Shown one piece after another: positions 11,101 to 24,311 of a stretch of DNA of 46,042 nt. The stretch's first letter is position 1, and each line of letters starts with the position of its first letter. A program made the position numbers and the translations under genes. A model generated the notes under the pieces. That model did not search any database and was not told the origin of the DNA. It saw nothing but the letters and a program-made list of their open reading frames with translations. The stretch lies in contig DF237611.1 of NCBI GenBank assembly GCA_000708835.1, positions 1 to 46,042 of the forward strand. Direction: 5' to 3'. This stretch comes from Klebsormidium nitens (Eukaryota > Plantae > Klebsormidiophyceae).

Positions 11101-11489
11101 TCGGAACTCAATACCCGGGCTTGCCCCCCGGAACGGGGATGCCGTTTCCGCCGCAGCTTGGGGGAGCCTTGAACCAGCCTTGGCCTGCGGCGCTTCTTTC
11201 CACCGTTGGGGGGGGTAACCAGTTTCGTGTCCCGGGGGTGTATCCGAACTTGGCGCAGATGGCGCAACTTTCGGGTCAGCAAGGGTATGGGCCGTTCCCC
11301 TCGGGCCAACACCGGGGGGGGGTACCTCGGGGACCGGACCTAGAGAGAGAAGAGGGGCCAACTGAGCAGCAGGCTGCCGCGCCGTTGGGCCAGTCTGGGG
11401 GACGGGGAGAAGAGGAACCGGCGGATGACGAGCTAGACCTTGACCTAGGGCTTGCACCAAAGCAGCCAAAGGGGAAGCTTTGGAAGTAG
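8142..11489 (+). CDS. Single-finger QALGGH C2H2 zinc-finger protein with C-terminal EAR motif (SUPERMAN/KNUCKLES/ZFP/GIS-like group); exons 8142-8775, 9124-9216, 10156-11489 (~686 aa; start uncertain)
   Basis: [27 protein letters not shown] begins at 10170, in frame with track ORF 10443-11489, which ends [12 protein letters not shown]... Phase-1 junctions CAG|GTGAGC (8775), CAG|GTACGT (9216) and acceptor CACAG (10155) join the exons; total 2061 nt. The frame is open upstream to 7875, so an earlier exon is possible. Confidence 0.78.
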
Positions 11490-14326
11490 GGGTCGCGAAT
11501 GAGATTGGGGATACGGGTAACGAGGCACGGGGGGAGGCTTGTCAGAGGTCGTTTGGTTGCGGGAAGGTTTCGGTCATGCTGTGCGTCAGCAGATGAGAGT
11601 GGCGGTTTTGGGGGGCGTGGCAATCGAGACGGTATGAGTGTTAAGGGACCGAAGTAATGCGCCACAAGCAGTTGGTTTGGGATGGACGGGTTACGTGATG
11701 AGGATTCAAGCCGAGGGGTAGCTTCAACGGTTCTGAACGGGTTTGAGGTCGATAAGGAAGTCGAGGGGGCGGCAGAAGAAGGAACTAGCATGGACGGAAA
11801 GAGGATGCTGGGGGACGGGGAGCTTTTGATGTGATCGGGGAGAGAGTACTGAGTGAGTGTGAGGGGGTTTGTTGCGATGTTAGGCATTAGGGCGGCGGCC
11901 GCGAAGGTTTGAGGTTTGCAGGTTTGAAGGGTTTAGGAGCATAGCAAAGGCGCAGAAGGGCCGGGAAAGAAGCCTCCCCAAGGTGACAGCTGCTCTGAAA
12001 TGACCAGGCGGTGAGGCCTTATCTTCTTTGCCCTTAAATTGATGCTTTATAATCCGCCCTACTTCTTGCTCGTAGAATTATCTTTTTGCTTCTTTTGCTT
12101 ATGCGGATTCCTTCCGTCGATCTTCGCTTGCTTCTATTCCCGACTGATATTTGGTGGCCCATTGCCTTTTATCAGTACGTTTCGCTCCATTTGTTTTTCT
12201 CTCAGTTGGATTTTCCTTGACGCCGGGCATCGACATGGCGAATCAGATGTTGTTTTTATCGGACTCAGAAAAGCCGACTCGGGCAAAGAGGTTTTCAACT
12301 GAATAATCTCGAAAAGCCCGGCTGAGTTTTTGCAGCATTGGTTCGTTTCTTAGCGAGACAAGCAGAAGACTTGACCCCTTCTCGAAGGTAGCTTCGCTTC
12401 GATTGCACTCAAGCTTTCTAGGAGTCCGTCTGGGCAACTTCTTGCTTGGCTGGCGCTGAAAGGTTTGTTGTTGCTGAATTTGCAGACTGGCTCGGAAGCC
12501 CGAGAACGCCTTGGAGAAGTTTTGCCTTGCTGGGAATAGGTCAGCTTGAGATAAGCAGAGCTGTCAAGATGCGTGTAGATAAGTCCCTACCCCCCCAACG
12601 AAGCAATTTTTGGTGCGTTCGAGTCGGTCACGTGTCTTAAGAGGACACGTAAGAACGCAGCACGGAAGCAGTACTGGGGGGAATGCTTTTGTGAATAAAC
12701 TGACCCTGTGCGACAATCTTGCCAAAGGGAGAATAGGATGAAACAAGGTCACACTGTTACTGTGCTGCATGTACGATCCTATGCCAGCATAGATTAACCG
12801 ACACGTGCTCTCTCAAGCCGGGCTCGACAGATAATTGTAAGTAGCTGACTCAACTGCGACACTTGTGGCCGAGATCCAGTCAGGCGTAAATCGTGATTAT
12901 GGAGTTGCTTCCAAGCATTCAATCTGCATAGGTTCCTCAAAGCACATCTGCTTTATGCATTCTGCTGATTCGTGGGATCATTCCTGGAAGTTGAAACGAC
13001 TCACTGGTGCATATCTATAATTCTGGGCGGCCTTGATGTTCCTTTCATGACTGAATTCGCATGCCGCTTTGTCATGTTTTCTGTAAGTTGAAGGCATCAG
13101 TGAGTCAAGGATGGTTTGCATGCTGTGGGATTTCGCCGGAAGCAAGGACAATCGTTCAAGGCAACGGCTGCTATGTACCCGTTGATTGTCATTTAGCATG
13201 CTCGAGCTCATTCTTCGCTTTATTCTTCATTTGGATATGTACCAATTTGGGTTATGCAACTGATTTTCTCAATATATATAACGATGTAGCATCAAAGTGC
13301 ATTGTCCCCATAAGACATGGACAAACTCACTCTGAGATCTGACGCAAAAGCAATTACGCTGGATGCGACTCATTCTAGAATGCTATATCGAGATCCAAGC
13401 CAGGCAAGAAAACAAGCCTGGTTGCTAAAACAACCAGCATCAGTCTTCTCAGACAGGCGGGCCATCGATCTCACGACTCCAATCTATTAAGGTTTAGTCC
13501 CGGCTTAACGGTAGGTCGTATGCATCCTGACCGAACTTACAGGTGCTCCGAGGCTGAGTTGAAGATCAGGAATGGCACTGCATGATGAATCACTTCACGT
13601 ACTGTACTGTCCGATATCTCCCAGGGAAGCGGAGCCTGGCGGCCGCCTGAGCGGCGGCTGGCAAGGACCGTCCGCTCCGGCACCTTTCAACGTACTATAG
13701 GAGGGCCGAGGCCCACGAACTAGAGGTTGTGCTATAGCTTATAGGTTGTCCTGCTCGCAGCACGTGGGAGAGATTCTAACAAATCAGGTGATGAGATTGG
13801 CCATGTCTGACAAGGCGGTAATGGCTACAACCAAATCTCGACTAGCGGCTCAGGCATGTCGACGTGGCGAGCAGGAACGCTCAGGGATCGACCACGTCGC
13901 CCCCCACGTTGACGCCGCAGAACCACCAGGGCACAGTGCAAGCTTGACCTTGACACTTCCTGTCTCCTAGAGCTGATGAAATACTATTCCAATGGATCTA
14001 GTGTCATATTGCTGATCCGCAGAGATACAAGGTGACGAGCAGCCAGGCTTGGCAGAACCCTAGCTAGCACACTTTCAAGAGAGCCTCGGAGAGCAGCGAA
14101 GGGGCTTGGACGTTTGCGAGGGGAGCTTGCGGCGGTAGAGACTGGTCTATTACCGTAGGTAGTTTGCATCAGGTTGAAGGAAGACGCCTTCTGCTGCTCA
14201 AGCTGTTATTTGAGTCTGGTAAGGACGCTTGCGCTGGGGCAAGTACGCTGAGGGTTGCAGGAAAAGAGTTGACATAGGGAGCTAGCTCGTTCTGAGTTAC
14301 TACTTTGATCTGAGATACTTGAGCAC

Positions 14327-17300
14327 ATGGCACTTTCCGCAGGCCTCAAGGCCGGAGCGACGGGATTCTGGGCAGTGCAGGATACAGTGCAGAAACCTGT
14401 TAATACTGCAAGGTCAAGATCTTTGCACTTCAGTGTTGCTGCCCCCCCTCCTTCCTGTAGCACCAGCGGCCTTTCCTCCTTCGAGGCCCTGTCAGATGCT
14501 CGCTTGGCAGACCGGCAGAGCTGCCGCCGTGGGTTTAAGAAACAGCGCGCGTGTCAGCACGATGTGGTGTCTGCGATCCTTGCGCAACCGAAGAACACGG
14601 AGGATACTGAGGACTGGAGGCAAAGGAGTAAGCTTTTTTGATTCGTCGTGGGTGTGTCACCAGCAGACTAGAGAAACAGATTTTCGTCACTGGAGAGAAA
14701 GCAACACTGCACGCGTCGCTTCTTGGTTCGAGTTGATGTGGTGATTACGTGCATCTTGACAGGGTTGTTACAGAACATTGTCTGGAATGATCCATATTCC
14801 AACATACTGGTTTCTAGCTAGCAAGCAAGCGGACTTTCAATACGTTCTGCAGGATTTCACAATATTGCGGTGAATACTGGCGGGTCAGGATAGAAAGATG
14901 CGTGAATCTTGCAGCTGCTTTCTGCAGAGAGAACACCGCTCTCGTTGTGAAGCTGCCCCCTTCTAGTTGCAAGTCTTTGTGTTTGATGCAAGCCATTTGG
15001 TGTGCCTATTTGTAGATTGTCATTGGTATCATTGCAGATCTGGTCGCAAGGCTTTGTATCGCTTCTCAAGATTGGGCTTCTTTCCTAAGGTCTCCTTCAT
15101 ATAGCTTTATGAAGCTGTACGGAATGGTAACATGTATCTTATCTGGACTGGAGAACTTTCCAGTGAAGGATTGCAGCTACGGGCATCCTTGTCTGGACTC
15201 ATTCTGGATGTTTGCTATTGCTGGGGATGCACCATCGCTGCAGTTGCAGTACCACCATCTTCAAGAAAGACCTGCACAAGGATCGGGGTTCGAAGCTACA
15301 GCTTACTGGGTTTGCCGCTTGGCCTACGTCTTTGAAAGCAAGTTGTCTACAAGTCCCTGCGGCAGATTTGTGGCGATCGTCGTCTGACGCAACCAACCTT
15401 TGCACTAACGAGGGCACTTTCTGCTCCCAGGTGTTGGCAACGGCCAGGCTGATCTCAGCAGCAAGGGCCTGAACGGGCATGCTGTAAGGACGGGCGAGTC
15501 TAGCAACGGGGCAGTGAATGGCGCGGAGCCGGTCAAGCACACGCTGCAATCCATCACCGCCCCCGTGGCTGAGGACATGAGACAGATGCAGCAAAACTTG
15601 AAGTCGGTTAGTGCTTTAGCCTTCTCTTGAGCAAGACTTTCATCAGTAAGTAAGGCAGCTTCGCAGTGTTGGCCCTTCCGGTGGATCTAGATTTAGGGTT
15701 TTCTATCAGCGGCTTAGGCGAAGTGTGTGCTGCAGAGAGCCCTTTCTTCTGGTGTTCTTGACACGTAGAAAGTCGTTATTGAAGGCTGCTGGATGGAAAG
15801 CAGAGGTGTTTTCCGCTGCTCGCTTCAGTCCAAGCACCTTACAAGATCAACAGACTGGGCAAACAGTTCCAGCTCAAAGTCAGATCAGTTCAACCGCTCT
15901 ATCAAGCTCTGGGCAGCTTCTATTTGTTCAAAAATTGGTGGAAGTATCTTGGGGGTGGGGGATTGCTGAGAGATTGGTATTTCTCTTGAGTCATTAAGTT
16001 GCCCAAGGGAGAGATTGGAGGGGCTCATCTCATCCTCCTCTGTTCTGCAGGTTGTAGGGAACAGGCACCCAATGCTGATGCAAGCAGCGGAGCAGATTTT
16101 CGGGGCGGGCGGGAAGAGGATACGACCTGCCCTAGTCTTTCTGGTTGCGAGGGCGACCGCTGAGCTGGCCAGATTGGAGTGAGCACCCTGGCTTTGCGGT
16201 TTGAATGATTCTTTCCTCATATTAGTGTCAGAATTCAGTGAAGTACAAGTGATTGTGGACTGTCCATCAAACTGCCTAAGTAGGTTGTTCGCGCTTGAGT
16301 GGTCTAATCACTTTTTTTCTGGAAGAGACTGGACTGTCGAATTCACAATTGAAGCACAGCAAATGGCCCTTCAGCAATCCAGTTTATAGTTGGAAAGACG
16401 CGTGCAGGCTTGGTGCGGGCTGCCATGAGTGTGGTGGATTGCTTCAGTGTTTGTTGTCTTCTTGGGAGTCCTCTGCTTCTCTGCTACTGAATTCAAGAAG
16501 ATGACCATCTAATCACGGCCATTTACCAACATTGGGGCAAAGTTGTCGAGGCAGGTCAGAGCAAGGTGGACAGAAAGTAGCTGCACCCGGAAGGGAGGCA
16601 GTAGAAGGTATTACGTCCTCGAGAATGATCAGACCCTCTTTGCTTTGCAGCGACTTGCGTCCTCAGCACCGACGGCTAGCAGAGATCACAGAGATGATCC
16701 ACACCGCGAGCTTGGTGCACGATGACGTTCTGGATAACAGCAAAACGCGGCGAGGTAAGCACGAGGCTCCGGAATCGGAAGGAAGGAACACGAGTGGGGA
16801 TACTGGAAATTTTCTTATCTTAGCTCCTGCTGCGAGGCTTCTGGGTTGCAACGGGTGGTAGGTACTGCCCGTATTCGTGTTGTAGAACGGTGAGAGCATT
16901 GGAGTCTGATAAGGGGCACATAGGTGGGGAGCTGGACCCGCTCGATTGTGATCATAGTAATTTCAGGAGAAACGCGTTGTGGGCCAGCTCCATGAGCTGG
17001 GTTTCGGAGCTTGTGGGGTTTAAAGTTTGAGCTTCCTTTGGATGCGGTGATCACCTTTTAGGTGTTGAAAATCCTCTGGACACGGGTCGTGGGAACAGTC
17101 GACGGATGCAACACCTACTGTGTTCAGGAGAGAATGTTTTGTGGATGGGATTAGCTGTTGTAAAGGCGTGTGGTGTGATCGGTGCCAGAAACTGTTGGGC
17201 CCTCCAGGGCTATTGCCTCCTCAGAACATCGCATGTCAGATTAAGTTGTTTATAAATGACTGTGGCGCCAGATGAAGAGACCATATGCAGAAGACGCAGA

Positions 17301-19044
17301 TTTAAGGGCTTGCAACCGACTCAGGCTATATAGTCACAGAGAATGGCGGTATGAGAGGGGTGCCAAGTCGAAGCCTTCTGTTTGAACGTAATTTGTAATC
17401 AAACTCTCATCAAGTGGAGACGGCATTTCCAGAAACAGCAAAGTACCGACCAATCAACTGCCACTTTTTGCAGGGAAAGAGACGGTCCACGAGTTGCTGG
17501 GAACAAGGGTGGCAGTCTTGGCGGGTGACTTTTTGTTCGCCCAGTCGTCTTGGTACCTCGCAAACCTGGACAATTTGGAAGTCATCAAGCTCATCAGTCA
17601 GGTAAGCGTACAGACCCCAAAGGATGGGTTTTTCCAACGTCCCCTTCTCTGGCACTTTCTGGCGCGATACCGCATGTTGTGCCAAGGAGAGACCGCATGA
17701 CGAAATCTTTATGGAGCTGATTACAAAATAATATCAGAACGTTAAGGGAAAAAGTAGGGTAATTGTAGTTGGTAGATTCGCGATCATAAAACGAACCATT
17801 GCATCTTAGTTCAAGAGAAACGGGTCAATGAAACGGAGATAACATGGGAGGCATTGAGTCAAAGCACGCTACGGAGAATCTGCCGCAGTCAGCAGATCCT
17901 ATTTTTCTTTAGGAACCCTAGTTTTGTACGACAAGGTCGGAGGTCATAATCCGCTTTGGATTGTCCTGTCGTACCCTAGTCTGCCTCAGAACCCTTACTA
18001 CAAGTTACAGGCCGTTTGAGACATTTTGCCGATTCTTCTGGCCGTTTCTGCGCTCCTGCAGCTCGACACACTGGTTTGGAGGCCCGCTTTTGAGGTTAAG
18101 CGCCTTATGATTGGACTTGTTCAAAGGACACTTTTCAAAGGACACTCCGAGGGGCCACTCCAGGTGTCGGTCATTTCTCCGCAGATTGTCTTTATCTGCG
18201 TGCTTACCTTTGAATGTCTCACTTTTCTCCACCTAAAGAGGGCCGGCTGACCTGAAGGCGGAGTCCTAGAAAGCAGGGTTCGGGACGAAGCCGTCTTAAT
18301 CCCTGTGTGGATCCACAACCATAGGTTTGCAGACCTTGCTTCTCAAGCTGCGTGTCTGAGTTTGTTTTCGAGGCTGGTTTGAGGACTCTTTTTGAAAGTC
18401 CTGGTCTCCATGTTGTTCCTTTCACTCGGTTCAGCGACTTCGTTTTGCTTCTTATGTTTTTATCTGCATCCTAAACCTGCACATCTGCTCTATAGGTCAT
18501 CGCCGATTTCGCCAACGGCGAGATCAAGCAGGCCGCGAGCCTGTTCGACTGCGACCTCACCTTCGAGGACTACATGAACAAGAGCTACTGGAAAACGGCG
18601 TCCCTCATCGCGGCCAGCGCCAAGTCAGCCGCGATCTTCAGCGACGTGCCCAAACATATGCAGGAGCAGATGTTTGAGTACGGGCGCCATTTGGGTCTGG
18701 CTTTTCAGGTAGTAGACGACATTTTAGACTTCACCCAGACTTCCGAGCAGCTGGGGAAGCCCGCAGGCAGCGATCTCGCAAGCGGGAACCTTACGGCGCC
18801 AGTTTTGTTTGCTTTGAAGAAGGTACCCAGGTTGGAGGAGTTGATAGGTAACGAGTTTGTTGACGAGGGTGATCTAGCCGAGGCGATTGCGCTCGTTCAT
18901 AGTGGGGGGGGCATCGACGAGGCGAGGGATCTGGCAAGGCGGGAAGGGGATCTTGCCCTCCAGTGCTTAGAAGGTCTTCCCGAGTGCGCGAGTAAGCACT
19001 CGCTTCAAGGACTCGTAGGCTATGTGCTTGATAGGTTGTACTGA
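14327..19044 (+). CDS. SPS: Plastid solanesyl-diphosphate synthase (trans-long-chain prenyl diphosphate synthase); exons 14327-14627, 15431-15606, 16051-16178, 16651-16754, 17474-17601, 18496-19044 (461 aa)
   Basis: Motifs [38 protein letters not shown] (first Asp-rich motif), [32 protein letters not shown] and [10 protein letters not shown] (second Asp-rich motif). All junctions are GT-AG and phase-consistent (1386 nt). The N-terminus is less certain. Confidence 0.93.
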
Positions 19045-19999
19045 GTTGAACTCTTGAGGTAGCGCGTTTGAGTTTACGACCAGGTCTGTACAGTGCGTGA
19101 CGTTGTTCTTCCCGTTTTCATTGCTTGAAGTCGTTGATTCTGTCTAGCTAATGAGCTTCTTTCTTTGCCCCAATCGCACATCCATGTACATGCATGGTCG
19201 GAGTATCTATGAAACATTTTAGTACGGCTTTACAAGGTTAAGTGACCGTACGAGATCAATCGACCGTTCACCAGCCTGAGAAACGTGCTGTAGGTATGTA
19301 TTTGTCCAAGTGAAGGTTTGGGCCGCAGTCGCGGTCGGTGTGCCATGCTATCATTGAAAGGACGTGCGGATATTGTGGTCGAAGATCCATGCTAAGCCTG
19401 TGCAGCTGCGGCTTTGCGGTATGCATGCGTGTCACGAGCCGAAATCAATTATTTGAACAGATGTTCCAGCTTCCGGGACAGACAGATCTCCAACGAGCTA
19501 GCTTTTAACCCATAATTCTTCCATGCTAGTCGATCATTCATGAACATGGGCGGTTCATGATGCCAAAAATAACGTACAGGAAGCTCCTATGATCGATGTC
19601 AAACCTGCACTTTTGTGTCGGAGTGCAATGAACAATATACTATCATTTGGTATGCATTTCATGTGAGGTGTGCATGTTTGGACCGCAAACGGCATTCATT
19701 CATATCACAGATATTCTTTTGCACAGAGCACACATCATAAACTCAGAACTTCAACATGCGAAAAGCGAGAGAAAAGCGGTGATACTAAGCCGCACATGTG
19801 CCAATGATTCGTTAACAAGCAACTGTCAGAAGAATATCAACGTGAAAATCTCGGAATCATGGCTCCCTTATCCTCTGCTTTCTAACGAACGCCGAATGCA
19901 AGGTTTTGCAGCCCCAGACTGCTCTGCAAGCGGGCAGTCTGTACATGTGACATAGGACAACACCTTTCAAAAGGGACTGCACTTTCGGAAACTGGCGAG

Positions 20000-22900
20000 C
20001 TACGAGGGCAGATGGCGAGTCAAGAGGGTGTCTAATGCGTCGTACAGATCCCTGTTTTCAGGGCCAAAGATCTCGTTGGCTTTGCTCAGAGTTTCCTGCA
20101 CATAGGAGCAACGGGTCAGGACGCATCCTTCTAAGTGAACATCTTTCTAAGTGACGACACTTCTGTCTGGTTCAAAAATCCTCGTCGAGGTATCATAATG
20201 CATGCCGCTTCTCACAACGAAAGTCCCTGTTGGTAACAGACGGAATCAAGCCGTTCTGTGTGTGTCCCACATTCAAGTCGCTCGGTATTCTGTTCGCGAC
20301 TGAGCTGTCAGTAATCATCAGAGAGCCAGGTCTCGGGGCTTTCACGACGAAACGCTCGAACCGCTCGGGTTCACGTCAGTTAGAAATGGCAGAAGACCAA
20401 AGGGAGCACGGGCCTGAGACGCACCTCCCGAGACTGACGATGGGCGTTCAGTTCTTTGATGTTCGTCAGGAAGGCGCTGAAGCTCTGGTATGACAACCGG
20501 TTTCTGCATAGGTAGAAAAGCAGTGTCGTTCAGATGCGCCACGACAGAACAGCTGCAATCGTACTTCCCTTTCTTTGAGTTCCTTATGACGACGCGAAGC
20601 GCAGCTATGAACCTTCCAGAGATGAACACAAGGATACAGCGACCCAGCGCGCCCGCGTGAGAAGCAAGTGTGTATGAGGCACAAATACGAAGAGCTATCA
20701 CGGAGGTACCCGGAAAGAGAGTTTTTTGCTCACTCTACTCAGCTCGAAGCAAGGAGGTAAGAGAAGAATTGGGGATTGGAAACAAACACACATTTAACTT
20801 TCAGTATGAAGCTGGCCGGTACTACGACCTGCTAACGGATCAAGAAAGAGGCAACCTGCTAAAAATCATTGGGCCAGCCAACGGAAGGCAATCTGCGTGC
20901 TCTCATTCACGCTGTGTCAAAAGACGATCTGAGAAGTTGATGATTGATTGGAATGTCCCAGTGTTCAGCACACGAGGAAGTCTTTGGCTCCTACCAGCCA
21001 CGTGCACACAAATGTTTGAAACCCCTCCGTCTGCTTTTCGAAACGACGTAAGACACCAATGCGGCGTCACGTACAAAAAGTCCGAACTTCGACATGATGT
21101 AGCTGCCATAAAGCGTTTGAAAGCACTGATGCAAAGTCCGCAATCACGTTGTGCAACTTGCGGAGAGAATAAAGAGAGATACGTTGTACCAGAGAATCTG
21201 CTCACCTAGCCTGCCGGAAAAAATCCTTTCCATCCACCCGAGGCCCCGCCCGCTGCTGCGTAGCTGACGGGTGCGGGGGAGAGTTAGCAGCCGACCCAGG
21301 CTGACTCTGAGACGGGGTTACGGGAACCAGGAAGGGGAAGGAATCGGCTCCAGACGAGCGCCGCCGGGGGGACCCTGCGGGGGAAGGGTTAGCGGAACCC
21401 GAGCGGTGACCGCGGCTCATGGTCGGGGTTTGGTAGGAGAGGGAGGAACCGGAGCGGCCCAGGTGGTGAGGACCTGCCGAGAAAGGTGGATGTTAGTGTT
21501 ATCCACAAAGATGGTTAACCAGAAATGGTCAGCAGCAATTTGAGCAGACATCGTCTACCCGCCTGACTGCACTGAGCAGGACCATCAATCGAACCATTCC
21601 CACTCCACAAATGACCGTGAGTTCCTTTTGAGGATCGTCGTAAGGTACTTTGGCTGGCCCCCTCTGGGTATAACAATGCATCTTTGCAGTGGCATCTTTC
21701 CCTCAATCTGCGATCTACTGAAGCAGTCTCGAACTTAGGCTTGGTCATTGGCCAGGCGGCCCTTACACATGCACCAGCTACTCCAGATTACTTAGAGATT
21801 TGAAAGACCCCCTTCGATCATTCAACGGCAGGGTTTATACTGGGCCTGTTTTATACTGGGCCCTATCTCAAGCTTTGGTTCACTGTTTAACTTACTTGCT
21901 TCTGGCGAGACTGGGTCTGCCAGTCGCGCTGACGATGTTCTCACAGGCTTGATGACTGTCGTGGGGGGGTCATCCAACTCTGTGATCCGATTTTTGGACA
22001 AGGGTGTCGTCGTCTCTGCACAAGGGGATCGACTTCTCAAATTAACTCATCCGCCGCCAATGGATAAGTGGTGGGTTTGCAAGACAGGTGCTGTTATAAG
22101 GAACATCACTTTGTGCCTTGCTCAGAGAAGCGATAAAACTTCCCTCCGCTCTGCTTGATATTTGCTGGCAGCTCTCTGTTGTCAAAAGGCATCATGCAGC
22201 AACCTTTGTATGGCGGTCCCAACCACCGACCATACCGAAGGGGGGGAAACGGCCGCAGGCGATCACATATTTAAGGGCAGCAAGCAATTGGGTGGCAAAA
22301 TGCAAGAAGTAGCCAGTTTCCAGCAGTTCTCTCACCTGAAGATCTGTTTGACACCCGTCGGCTTGACTGCGTGGACGATTCAACCTCTGAGATGTCCACC
22401 TGCTAAGGACCAGAGGCGAATCGTCTCAGGCATGAGAACCTTAGCCATCTTTCTTCCCAGCATTTTTTCAAGCTTGATTAGCCGAGGAGTTTACTACAAA
22501 ATTTTAGGCCCATCTTTAGGCCGCTTTGAAAGCCACACATGTGCTCTGCAAGATTCCCAGCGATGGGGTGCAACCGTGTGACGCAATAAGGAAGCTCTAC
22601 AAATTGCAGGCAACCATGGAGGAACGCCACTGGCGTCATCAAGCAACAGGTCCTTCTCTGCTCACCGCCACCCCCTCGTCTGGCTCATCTTGCAGCGACT
22701 GCATGAGTGCCCTCTTGAAGGTTTCAAGCTGCGAGTGAGGAGATACAAGCAACAGTTGATCATCATACTGCTCCAAACATGGCACAAACTTGCGCTTGCA
22801 GACGTATATATGCTGACAGTGTACTCAGGTATGTGCTTCAGCAGCAATTATCTGCCAACACAGGGGAATGCTGATCATAAGCAAGCACTAATAGCTGTTT

Positions 22901-24311
22901 GCCAGGATTATATGGGCTTAGGTTCGAGATAGAGCGTCAATCAATAATCTTTGTTGACCGCATTAGTAGAAGACCACCCTGTAGTAAAAGATGCGTGGAA
23001 ACAGTCCTAACAAAACTCAATTGCTCAGAATTGCTCTGATGCTGCCACCCTCACCTTAGCAACATCCCTGTTCAGCTTCTTGACAGTAGCCGTCAGAGCA
23101 TTCCGCTCCGAAGTGAGTGCATTCTGTACAATGTGGTGGGGGAAAGACGGTGATGAGTTTGAACTTTCTGATGCAGAGATGAATAGATTGCAAACAGATC
23201 TATCCTGTGGAACAAGCAAAACTCCAAAGCGCTTGCTCCTGGCCCGCTGCTGCTACACCACCCCATCAATATAGGGTTTATTGGTTTTGCATGAACCAGA
23301 AATCAAACGCCAATCTCTGGCAGAGCAGGAGATACCTTTCACCTATCATAGTACACTTCGTGATTAGATCTAAGAATAAGACTAAAGACCATTTCAGTCA
23401 GCCAAAGGATGCAAAGGTTTGAAGGTCCTCAAGATATATGAGAGCATACGGATGCTCCGCTCAATCCGAGGACCTCCTCGAAAGCTCTCAGAAACCTCAG
23501 GACAAGTCCTACAAATATTAACCCTTGTCAGGACAAAATGGCAGAGTGAACAAAATTTTACTAGGAGATGTGTTCCACCAGAATGTAAACGACACATTGG
23601 TGCAATGAAACAAAATCAAACAATTGTAGCATCCACGTCGGACATGGAGGCCTTTCAATAGCTCAGCCATCAAGCAACTCAGAGATGATACTAGCGCAAA
23701 TTGTACAACGTCATTCTCACAACCTGCAAAAGCTACAATCAACCAATTGCTGAATACACCTGGATCAACCGGTTGCTGATAGGCGATTGACCAGACCATG
23801 CGATGTCAAAACCAAGACAAGAAGTAAGAGTACTTGACTTGGTAATGGCTTCGCCACGATTCTCTCCTGCGACAAGCCATTAAACACCAGAGCTTGGCCT
23901 AATTTCTTGGGTGAAATTGGCCTTGGTCAAGGGCATGATTGAGGTGCAAAAAGAGGAGAATGAAGGAAAAGCTGGACAACAACATGATGGCTGGCACCCT
24001 TTTAGAATACTACGGACCTGTTCCTCCAAGGCCACTGACAGGCGCTCATTCGTGTTCTTCAGACTGCCCTCCAAGTCCCTGACCTTGTCCCTGAGATCCT
24101 TCACTTCCCTTTCTCTCTGATTTAGCTCCGACCTTAGGTTCCCATTTTCGCTTTGCAGCCTCTTTTCGTAGGCTACCGCGACAATCTTGCGGGCGAGGTC
24201 TAACTGCTCAAATGGATCAGAAGGAAGAACACTCAACACTTCCGATGGCAGGTCGTCCCGGTCCCTTCCAGGGCTGGCATACTCGCTATTTGCTATGTCA
24301 GACAAGTTCAT
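20000..24311 (-). CDS. Conserved plant coiled-coil protein, At4g15545-like; exons 24311-24018, 23123-23055, 22728-22666, 22399-22336, 22015-21896, 21473-21206, 20503-20425, 20095-20000 (350 aa)
   Basis: Family motifs VLPSDPFEQLDLARKI, TVKKLNRDVAKLETFKRALMQSLQD and RVDGKDFFRQARNRLSYQSFSAFLTNIKELNAHRQSREETLSKANEIFGPENRDLY. Eight phase-consistent GT-AG exons (1053 nt). Confidence 0.88.

Noticed and set aside
11276-11887. 203-aa Pro/Ser-rich minus-strand ORF
   Set aside because: Antisense to the zinc-finger 3' end and its purine-rich 3' flank; low complexity with no motif.
12000-12440. Minus-strand RRM-like fragment (ENLFARVGFSESDKNNI)
   Set aside because: Short, stop-interrupted, and without splice or motif support.
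13703-13723. Hairpin plus CTAG resembling a Helitron 3' end (also 35837-35854)
   Set aside because: The stems are only 5 bp, the next base is A rather than T, and no 5' TC end or Rep/helicase is present.
20670-21209. 179-aa + strand ORF nested antisense in intron 6 of the At4g15545-like gene
   Set aside because: It starts at GTG with no early ATG and has no recognisable domain; treated as a chance open frame unless RNA-seq shows antisense transcription.
21834-21862. 13-bp direct repeat TTTATACTGGGCC x2 in an intron
   Set aside because: Too short and isolated to imply function, and not a CRISPR-like array.
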